A stretch of DNA of 32,000 nucleotides from positions 803,339 to 835,338 of the forward strand of contig OZ239628.1 of the NCBI GenBank assembly GCA_965195345.1. Direction: 5' to 3'. Positions 1 through 8,400 of the stretch are shown here, piece by piece (within the stretch, counting starts at the first letter, position 1; each line of letters starts with the position of its first letter). A model generated the notes under the pieces. It did no database searches and was not told the DNA's origin. It was given only the letters and a program-made list of their open reading frames with translations. The DNA comes from an uncultured Thiomicrospira sp. (lineage in GTDB: Bacteria > Pseudomonadota > Gammaproteobacteria > CAKMZV01). The position numbers and the translations under genes are program-made.

Positions 1-1
1 G

Positions 2-3000
2 ACGATTAGCGTTGAGGTTAATCCAGTCAATGATAGACCTGTATTGATGCTATCATTAACCAGTCTTAGCTTAAATGAAGATTTTGGTACCTTTATCATA
101 AATACCACTGCAACCGACGCAGAAGATGGGACACTGTCAGTGAGCGTATCTGGACAGGCTGGCTTGGTAACCACTACTATCACCACTGGTCAAATTACTC
201 TAACTTCCATTGCCCATGCCAACGGAAGAACCACTCTAACTGTAAGCGCTAACGATAGTGAAAACCTCTTCGTAACCGACGAAGTGGTGGTGATTATCAA
301 TGCTGTTAATGATAATCCTGTATTGACGTTATCAACAACCAATCTCAGCCTTAATGAAGACTTTGGCACTTTCATAATCAACACCACTGCCACCGATATA
401 GAAGATGGCGTGTTGCCTTTTACAGTGTCTGGACAAGATGCCAGTATATTCACCGTCACTACCTCCACCAATCAGATAATGCTCACCTCCGTTGCTAATG
501 CCAACGGAATAGTTACACTAACTGTAAGTGCTAACGATAGTGAAAACCTCTCGGCAACCACCGAAGTTGTTGTTGTTGTCAATGCCATCAATGACACACC
601 CACACTTACCTTTTCAACCACTCAATTTAATCTGAATGCAAACTTTACCCCGCAAACAATAGCAACAGCAACAGACGTTGATGATATTTCCTTGCTCCTA
701 ACCTTTGCACTATCTGCAACCGATGTAGTACAAATAACGACGGTTGCTAATCAGTTTATATTAAATCCTATCATCAATGCTTTTGGCGACACAACTATCA
801 CCCTAGCAGTATCTGATGATGATGGTGCACGCTCTTCTTCTCAAATTTTCACAGTGCGCGTTAACACACCCATTGCATCGACAACGCCTACATTAGCCTT
901 ATCAACGCAGAACATCACTTTAGATGAAGACTTTGGTACTTTTATTATCAACACTACTGCAACCGATGCAGAAGATGGGACACTGTCAGTAACCGTATCT
1001 GGACAGGCTGACTTATTAACCACTAATGCTACTACTGGTCAAATTACGCTCACTTCCATTGCCAATGCTAACGGCACAACTACACTTACTGTACGTGCTA
1101 CCGATAGCGGAAACCTTTCCGTTACCACCGAAGTGGTGGTAACCATCAATGCCATCAACGATACTCCGACATTGACTCTTGCGACAACAAATATTACCAT
1201 CGTTGAAAATGCCACTGCTCGTCAAACGATTTCCATTACTGATGTGGCAGATATTGAGGGAAGCACACTTACTTTTTCAGTCATTGCCTCCACTTCTGTA
1301 TTTAGTAGTAATCCTACATCTGTAGTCTCTTTTTCAGACACAAGAATGATAACCTTCAGTAGACAAAGTACGACTGCTCAACTCTATTACACTCTACTGC
1401 CCGATACCACAGGCACTGGCTTCATTCAAATCGCTCTAACAGATGGCATAGACACACAGGTTACAACTGTTACCGTGACTGTGACAGAAGTTAGAACCTC
1501 ACCCCAAATCACTCAAGACTTTAGAACACATCGCTTCTTTGATGCGCGTGCAACACGTGTAGGCGCTGTTGGAGGTGTCTTATTTGCAGCACGAGGTGCA
1601 TTCACTGGATTGCTTGCATCAACCTCTACAGATGGTACAGGGAGTGCTATGAACCAATTAAACTTTGCTCGTTCCTTAGGGGGGAGTTTAGCCGAACTAT
1701 ACACTGAGGAAACATACAACGCTTTATTGGGTTCTGTTTTGGTTGCCAATGGCGCTACAACAGCAGGCTTTGATGATGACCGTTTTTGGCTTGGGCTTAC
1801 CAGTGTACCTAGCTTTTTTGGCGTCACTCTACCAAATCAACTTGACTCAGAAGCCCGTTATTTTTGGTTATCTGGTCAACGGGTATCGCAAGGATTAGGC
1901 GGCGGTACTCGTATAGACGTCCCAGGAGTATACATAGGCTGGGGGCCATCTGCTCCGGGTACTCAGGGTTGTGCTGATCTGATTCTTGGTGCTGAAGTAT
2001 CTGCAGCGTTCAGGCCTTGGGCAAGTGATCAATGCTTTGGAGGTGTTTTTGACGCTTTAAAAGCGTTGATGCAGTTCCCAAATGGCTTACCTACTACCTC
2101 CTCAATGATTGTTCAAGCAAGGTCTCCGATCACACTTATTCGTTTAAGTGGTTATGATCTTGATGGTTCAGATAATACATTGTCTTGGCAAGTCACCGAT
2201 GCATCTGGTGGTGGTATCGCCACTTCCACAGTCTATAGCAGTACTGGCGCACAAACCTTAGAGATTTCTTACACCCCTGTGAGCGGCTTTTCAGGCACTG
2301 CAACCCTTGTTGTAAGCTTAGATGATGGTGATAGTGCTACACAAAATAGTACTGCCCGTGTATTGGTGGTTAATAACACCCCAACTTTAACACTCTCAAC
2401 CAATGTTGTCAGCTTAGATGAAGACTTTACCAGCTTCGTCATTAACACCACTGCAACCGATGCAGAAGGGATAATCGACTTTAGTGTTAGTACAGGAAAC
2501 GGCATTGTTCTTGTAACCACCTCTGCTAATGCAATTACGCTGCAATCACTTGCGAATATAAGTGGTGCTGTAACCTTAACAGTCGTTGCGGATAGTGGTC
2601 TTTTGGCAAATACACAGACGATTAGCGTTGTGGTTAATCCAGTTAACGACACTCCCACGCTGTCTTTATCTGTGACGCAAAGGGCGCTTGCTCAAAACTT
2701 TGGCACTTTCGTCATCAACACCACTGCAACCGATGTGGAATCAGGACCATTGGGCTTTAGTGTCAGCACAGGTAATGGTATTGTCAATGTGACCACCTCT
2801 GTCAATACGATTACTCTGCAATCACTCGCTAATGTCATAGGCGATGTGACGTTAACGGTTAGCGTAAGCGATGGACTATTGACGGCGACACAGTCCATTT
2901 TTATAACCGTTAGTAGACCGTTTACGTTTGAAGTATCGACAAACACTATCGTTTTAGATGAAGATTTTAATACCTTCATTATTAACACCACTGCAACGGC

Positions 3001-5233
3001 TGCAGATGGGACTATATTACCTATTTCAGTGGTGCAGAGCAGCTCTAACCTACTTACATTCAGCACTATAACTGGGCGCATTACCCTTTCATCTATTGCG
3101 AATGCTAATGGAGTAACAACCCTTACCGTGAGTGCGGCTAATCAAAGTGGGCTAACGAACACGACAGAAGTAGCCATTACCATTAATTCCGTTAATGATA
3201 CTCCCACGCTCAGTTTATCAAGTACAAACTTAACCTTGGCATCTAATAGCACTGGTTTGATAACTGCCTTTGTCACGGATGTGGAAACAAGCAGTGCCTC
3301 ATTGATCTTTTCGGTACAACAAAATCCACCTTTGTTGCAGGTGAGTACACAAGGCAATGTCATCGTACTGAGATCGAGTGCTACTGCAGGCTCGACCACT
3401 TTAGTGATCACCGTTACTGATGGCGATGGTTCAAGCGCTTCAGCAACTGCTCGAGTTACTGTTCTATCAGGTGCTTTGAATATTGCTTTAAATGTTAAGC
3501 GCATTGATTTTTCTTGGAACACACTTCCTACAGCAAATCATTACCGCATGCTTAGCAATGTTGATTTGAATGCTGGTGGTGGTTTTGTTGATGCCAGTAG
3601 CGCAGGTTTGGTGTTTGTACCGAATAGCACGAATATTATCAATACCACAGTTTCTGCAACAGTGGATGTAGCACGCTATCTTTCTACGGCTAATGGACCA
3701 CAGTACCTGCTAGAAGCTTGTACCAGTGTGGATAATTCAGCCTGTTCTATTCATGCGCAACAAACCCTGAGCAATATTCAGTTACAGGGATTAATTGGTT
3801 ATTTTAAAGCCTCTTTTGCAGATGAGGGTGTGTTTGGTAGAGCTGTAGCAATAAGCGGTGATGGCAACACATTAGTTGTCGGTGCACCCGGAGAAAATAG
3901 CGACGCCACCGGCATCAATGGTGATCAGACGAACAATAACGCATCTGCCTCTGGTGCAGCCTATGTTTTTGTACGCAACAGTGCAGGCACATGGAGTCAA
4001 CAAGCCTATGTCAAAGCTTCTAATACAGGAGTTTTGGATCAATTTGGCACAGCTGTAGCAATAAATGATGACGGTAACACCATAGTTGTCGGTGCACTTG
4101 GGGAGGACAGTACCGCCACGGGTATCAACGGTGATCAATTAGATAATTCTGCAAGTGACTCTGGTGCAGCCTATGTTTTTGTGCGTAGTAGTACAGGTAC
4201 ATGGAGTCAACAGGCTTACATCAAGGCTTCTAATGCAGAAGCTCTTGATGATTTTGGCAGAACTGTATCGGTCACTGCTGATGGTAATACACTCGCTATT
4301 GGTGCGCCTTTAGAAGACAGTACTGCTACAGGCATTAACGGCGACGAAACAAACAATGGAGCAAGTGGCTCTGGTGCAGCCTATGTTTTTGTGCGTAGTA
4401 CTACGGGCACATGGAGTCAACAAGCTTATATCAAAGCTTCTAATGCAGAAGCTCTTGATGATTTTGGTTTTGCTGTATCGGTGAGCGATGATGGTAATAC
4501 TTTAGTTATTGGGGCATCTTTTGAAGACAGCACCGCCACGGGCATTAACGGCGATCAAACAACTAATAGTGCAAGTGCTTCTGGTGCAGCTTATGTTTTT
4601 GTGCGCAGTGCTACCGACACATGGACGCAAGAAGCCTACATCAAAGCCTCAAACACAGGTGTTAATGATCAATTTGGTTTAGCTACTTCAATTAGTGGTG
4701 ATGGTAACACACTGCTCATCAGCTCAATTGGAGAAGACAGCAATGCCACGGGTATCAACGGTGATCAAACAAACAATGCCGCAAATGGTGCTGGTGCAGC
4801 CTATGTTTTTGTGCGTAGTAGTACAGGCACATGGAGTCAACAAGCCTACATCAAGGCCTCCAATACAGGAGATCAGGATGAATTTGGTAGCGCTCTCTCA
4901 ATTAACAATGATGGTAGTATATTTGCTATCGGTGCTCCTTTTGAAGATAGTGATGTTAGTGGCATCAACGGTGATCAAATAAACAATGATGCATTTCGCG
5001 CTGGTGCAGCCTATGTTTTTGTGCGTAGTAGTACAGGCACATGGAGTCAACGAAGTTACATCAAAGCATCAAACACAGGAGTTTTAGATCGATTTGGTTC
5101 AGCTCTCTCAATAAGCGGTGATGGTAAGACACTCTCTATCGGTGCACCTTTCGAAGATAGCGATGCCACCGGCATTAATGGTGATCAGACGAATAACAAT
5201 GAGTCTGAGGCTGGTGCAGTGTATTTATATTAG
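2..5233 (+). CDS. Paralog 1 (5'-truncated by window edge): giant adhesin-like protein with cadherin-like/tandem-95-type Ig units, a C-type-lectin-like insert, an FN3-like neck and a 7-blade FG-GAP beta-propeller
   Basis: The ORF track gives 44..5233. The same frame is open back to nt 2, and nt 2-43 read TISVEVNPVNDRPVL, the tail of another Ig unit, so the real start lies upstream of the window. At least 11 Ig-like units with (N/D)DxP linkers. CTLD-like insert at 1520-2077, neck at 3488-3799, seven FG...GAP blades at 3800-5230. Ends GAVYLY, TAG at 5231-5233. Confidence 0.92.
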   Translation, partial: TISVEVNPVNDRPVLMLSLTSLSLNEDFGTFIINTTATDAEDGTLSVSVSGQAGLVTTTITTGQITLTSIAHANGRTTLTVSANDSENLFVTDEVVVIINAVNDNPVLTLSTTNLSLNEDFGTFIINTTATDIEDGVLPFTVSGQDASIFTVTTSTNQIMLTSVANANGIVTLTVSANDSENLSATTEVVVVVNAINDTPTLTFSTTQFNLNANFTPQTIATATDVDDISLLLTFALSATDVVQITTVANQFILNPIINAFGDTTITLAVSDDDGARSSSQIFTVRVNTPIASTTPTLALSTQNITLDEDFGTFIINTTATDAEDGTLSVTVSGQADLLTTNATTGQITLTSIANANGTTTLTVRATDSGNLSVTTEVVVTINAINDTPTLTLATTNITIVENATARQTISITDVADIEGSTLTFSVIASTSVFSSNPTSVVSFSDTRMITFSRQSTTAQLYYTLLPDTTGTGFIQIALTDGIDTQVTTVTVTVTEVRTSPQITQDFRTHRFFDARATRVGAVGGVLFAARGAFTGLLASTSTDGTGSAMNQLNFARSLGGSLAELYTEETYNALLGSVLVANGATTAGFDDDRFWLGLTSVPSFFGVTLPNQLDSEARYFWLSGQRVSQGLGGGTRIDVPGVYIGWGPSAPGTQGCADLILGAEVSAAFRPWASDQCFGGVFDALKALMQFPNGLPTTSSMIVQARSPITLIRLSGYDLDGSDNTLSWQVTDASGGGIATSTVYSSTGAQTLEISYTPVSGFSGTATLVVSLDDGDSATQNSTARVLVVNNTPTLTLSTNVVSLDEDFTSFVINTTATDAEGIIDFSVSTGNGIVLVTTSANAITLQSLANISGAVTLTVVADSGLLANTQTISVVVNPVNDTPTLSLSVTQRALAQNFGTFVINTTATDVESGPLGFSVSTGNGIVNVTTSVNTITLQSLANVIGDVTLTVSVSDGLLTATQSIFITVSRPFTFEVSTNTIVLDEDFNTFIINTTATAADGTILPISVVQSSSNLLTFSTITGRITLSSIANANGVTTLTVSAANQSGLTNTTEVAITINSVNDTPTLSLSSTNLTLASNSTGLITAFVTDVETSSASLIFSVQQNPPLLQVSTQGNVIVLRSSATAGSTTLVITVTDGDGSSASATARVTVLSGALNIALNVKRIDFSWNTLPTANHYRMLSNVDLNAGGGFVDASSAGLVFVPNSTNIINTTVSATVDVARYLSTANGPQYLLEACTSVDNSACSIHAQQTLSNIQLQGLIGYFKASFADEGVFGRAVAISGDGNTLVVGAPGENSDATGINGDQTNNNASASGAAYVFVRNSAGTWSQQAYVKASNTGVLDQFGTAVAINDDGNTIVVGALGEDSTATGINGDQLDNSASDSGAAYVFVRSSTGTWSQQAYIKASNAEALDDFGRTVSVTADGNTLAIGAPLEDSTATGINGDETNNGASGSGAAYVFVRSTTGTWSQQAYIKASNAEALDDFGFAVSVSDDGNTLVIGASFEDSTATGINGDQTTNSASASGAAYVFVRSATDTWTQEAYIKASNTGVNDQFGLATSISGDGNTLLISSIGEDSNATGINGDQTNNAANGAGAAYVFVRSSTGTWSQQAYIKASNTGDQDEFGSALSINNDGSIFAIGAPFEDSDVSGINGDQINNDAFRAGAAYVFVRSSTGTWSQRSYIKASNTGVLDRFGSALSISGDGKTLSIGAPFEDSDATGINGDQTNNNESEAGAVYLY
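599..886 (+). repeat. C-type Ig unit (TFSTTQF(N/S)LNANF...DVDD.SLLLTFALSATDVVQITTVAN), copy in paralog 1
   Basis: PTLTFSTTQFNLNANFTPQTIATATDVDDISLLLTFALSATDVVQITTVANQFILNPIINAFGDTTITLAVSDDDGARSSSQIFTVRVN. The same unit occurs twice in paralog 2. Confidence 0.85.
1520..2077 (+). other. C-type-lectin-like domain (CTLD) inserted in the paralog 1 stalk
   Basis: Motif order matches the CTLD fold: LGGSLAELYTEETYNAL (compare GGHLASIxSxEExxF), RFWLGLT (WIGLTD), YFWLSGQRVS (WxWSDG), YIGWG.SAP....C (YxNWxxGEPNxxxxxDC), then RPWASDQC (GxWNDxxC). There are only two Cys, in the positions expected for the C2-C3 disulfide. No canonical EPN/QPD + WND Ca/sugar triad. Confidence 0.55.
3488..5230 (+). other. 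Paralog 1 C-terminal head: FN3-like neck (3488-3799) plus seven FG-GAP blades (3800-5230)
   Basis: The neck reads LNVKRIDFSWNTLPTANHYRML...YLLEACTSVDNSACS, a Y-x-x-x-AC...C-S pattern typical of bacterial FN3-like domains. It is followed by 7 repeats of about 61 aa: FGxxVxxSxDGNTxxVGAPxEDSxATGINGDQ...SGAAYVFVRxxxGTWSQQAYIKASN. Each literally contains an FG...GAP motif and a DGN loop, as in integrin-alpha FG-GAP repeats. Confidence 0.75.
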
Positions 5234-5483
5234 AATACGTATATAGCTAAAAGAGAACTAAAATTGCTTGATTACCCATACATTATGTATTCATCAGGAA
5301 GACGGGCATACAGCTTTTCTATTTAACGTTTATTGCTTTAAATGTTATAAACTGCTTGCATGTTTCATCATACTTTAATTTATAATCAATCAAATTGTCA
5401 CAGGCAAAATGTGAGCTTCTATCACATACGCAAGCTGTAGTGAAATTGTAATTGCATAATTAAATACATTAAGGTGAATTGAT
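5234..5483 (+). promoter_or_regulatory. Spacer upstream of paralog 2 (hybrid cassette: conserved distal half, unique proximal half) with a candidate promoter and RBS
   Basis: The first about 150 nt align with the cassette found after paralogs 3-6 (acgtatatagctaaaag...cattatgtattcatcagga...aaatgttat.aactg.ttgcatg...ctttaatttataat). Candidate TTGCAT 5356-5361 / TATAAT 5381-5386, but with a 19-nt spacing (suboptimal). The proximal about 100 nt are unique. RBS AAGGTG 5471-5476. Confidence 0.4.
5398..5426. promoter_or_regulatory. Three phased TCACA / TGTGA / TCACA half-sites (12-nt register) upstream of paralog 2
   Basis: TCACA 5398-5402, TGTGA 5410-5414, TCACA 5422-5426. TGTGA-N7-TCACA resembles the CRP-type TGTGA-N6-TCACA palindrome, but the spacer is one nt too long. 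Confidence 0.25.
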
Positions 5484-8400
5484 ATGGGATATATACAGCG
5501 CTGGGCATTTCTGTTGTTGCTTGTTTTTCTGTCAGCTTGTGGTGGTGGTGATGGCGACACAATACCTCCGTCTACTAACACAACACCAACTTTAAGTCTC
5601 TCTGTCAATGCCGTAACGCTTGATGAAGATTTTGGTACCTTTATCATCAACACCACTGCCACCGACGTAGAAGATGGGACGCTGTCAGTGACCGTGTCTG
5701 GACAGGCTGGCTTGCTAACCACTAATGCTACTACTGATCAAATTACGCTCACTTCCATTGCCAATGCTAACGGAACAACTACACTCACTGTAAGTGCTAC
5801 CGATAGTGGCGCTCTTACAGTCTCCACCGAAGTGGTTGTTATTGTCAATGCCGCCAATGATACGCCCACACTTACCTTTTCAACCACTCAATTTAGTCTA
5901 AATGCAAATTTCATGCCTCAGACAATAGCAACAGCAACAGACGTTGATGATGCTTCCTTGCTCCTAACCTTTGCACTATCTGCAACCGATGTAGTACAAA
6001 TAACGACAGTTGCTAATCGGTTTATATTAAATCCTATCACTAATGCTTTTGGCGAGACAACCATCACTCTAACAGCAACTGATAGCAGCGGCAATCAGTC
6101 ATCTCAACGTTTTACAGTGCATGTTAACGCATCCATTGCATCGACAACACCTACATTAGCCTTATCAACGCAACGTATCACTTTAGATGAAGATTTTGGC
6201 ACTTTCGTCATCAACACCACTGCAAGTGATGCAGAAGATGGCGTGCTTCCCGTTGCAGTGACTGGACAAGACGCCAGTCTATTCGCCGTAACCACTTCTA
6301 CCGATCAGATAATACTTACCTCCGTTGCTAATGCCACCGGCATAGCCACGCTTACAGTAAGCATTGTTGATAGCGGAAATCTCTCCGCTACCACCGAAGT
6401 GGTTGTTGTTGTCAATGGCATCAATGATAGTCCTACATTGACACTATCAACAACGAACCTCAGCCTCAGTGAAGATTTTGGCACTTTCGTCATCAACACC
6501 ACTGCAAGTGATGCAGAAGATGGCGTGCTTCCCGTTGCAGTGACTGGACAAGACGCCAGTCTATTCGCCGTAACCACTTCTACCGATCAGATAATACTTA
6601 CCTCCGTTGCTAATGCCACCGGCATAGCCACGCTTACAGTAAGCATTGTTGATAGTGGAAATCTCTCCGCTACCACCGAAGTGGTTGTTGTTGTCAATGG
6701 CATCAATGATAGTCCTACCTTGACACTATCAACAACGAACCTCAGCCTCAGTGAAGATTTTGGCACTTTCGTCATCAACACCACTGCAAGTGATGCAGAA
6801 AATGGCAGGCTTCCCGTTGCAGTGACTGGACAAGATGCCAGTCTATTCGCCGTAACCACTTCTACCGATCAGATAATACTTACCTCCGTTGCTAATGCCA
6901 ACGGAACAGCCACACTCACTGTAAGCATTGTTGATAGTGGAAATCTCTCCGCTACCACCGAAGTGGTTGTTGTTGTCAATGGCATCAATAGTGCACCTGC
7001 ATTGACGCTATCAACAACGAACCTCAGCCTCAGTGAAGATTTTGGCACTTTCGTCATCAACACCACTGCCACCGATGTAGAAGATGGCGTGCTTCCCGTT
7101 GCAGTGACTGGACAAGATGCCAGTTTATTCGCCGTAACCACTTCTACCGATCAGATAATACTTACCTCCGTTGCTAATGCCAACGGAACAGCCACACTCA
7201 CTGTAAGCATTGTTGATAGTGGAAATATCTCCGCTACCACCGAAGTGGTTGTTGTTGTCAATGCCATCAATGATAGTCCTACATTGACACTATCAACAAC
7301 GAACCTCAGCCTCAGTGAAGATTTTGGCACTTTCGTCATCAACACCACAGCAAGTGATGCAGAAGATGGCGTGCTTCCCGTTGCAGTGACTGGACAAGAT
7401 GCCAGTCTATTCGCCGTAACCACTTCTACCGATCAGATAATACTTACCTCCGTTGCCAATGCCAACGGAACAGCCACGCTTACAGTAAGCATTGTTGGTA
7501 GCGGAAATCTCTCCGCTACCACCGAAGTGGTTGTTGTTGTCAATGCCATCAATGATAGTCCTACATTGACACTATCAACAACGAACCTCAGCCTCAGTGA
7601 AGATTTTGGCACTTTCATCATCAACACCACTGCCACCGATGCAGAAGATGGCGTGCTTCCCGTTGCAGTGACTGGACAAGATGCCAGTTTATTCGCCGTA
7701 ACCACTTCTACCGATCAGATAATACTTACCTCCGTTGCTAATGCCAACGGCATAGCCACACTTACAGTAAGCATTGTTGATAGTGGAAATCTCTCCGCTA
7801 CCACCGAAGTGGTTGTTGTTGTCAATGCCATCAATGATAGTCCTACATTGACACTATCAACAACGAACCTCAGCCTTAGTGAAGATTTTGGCACTTTCGT
7901 CATCAACACCACTGCAAGTGATGCAGAAGATGGCGTGCTTCCCGTTGCAGTGACTGGACAAGATGCCAGTCTATTCGCCGTAACCACTTCTACCGATCAG
8001 ATAATACTTACCTCCGTTGCCAATGCCAACGGAACAGCCACGCTTACAGTAAGCATTGTTGGTAGCGGAAATCTCTCCGCTACCACCGAAGTGGTTGTTG
8101 TTGTCAATGCCATCAATGATAGTCCTACATTGACACTATCAACAACGAACCTCAGCCTCAGTGAAGATTTTGGCACTTTCATCATCAACACCACTGCCAC
8201 CGATGCAGAAGATGGCGTGCTTCCCGTTGCAGTGACTGGACAAGATGCCAGTTTATTCGCCGTAACCACTTCTACCGATCAGATAATACTTACCTCCGTT
8301 GCTAATGCCAACGGCATAGCCACACTTACAGTAAGCATTGTTGATAGTGGAAATCTCTCCGCTACCACCGAAGTGGTTGTTGTTGTCAATGCCATCAATG

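Noticed and set aside
3876-4982. Short + strand alternative-frame ORFs inside the propeller regions (for example 3876..4058 and 4695..4982, with equivalents at 11899, 12487, 14587, 17830, 22571, 23165, 27292 and 27883)
   Set aside because: These are out-of-frame readings of the FG-GAP blades. They recur only because the blades are repeated. They have no independent start context, and the main frame explains the sequence.
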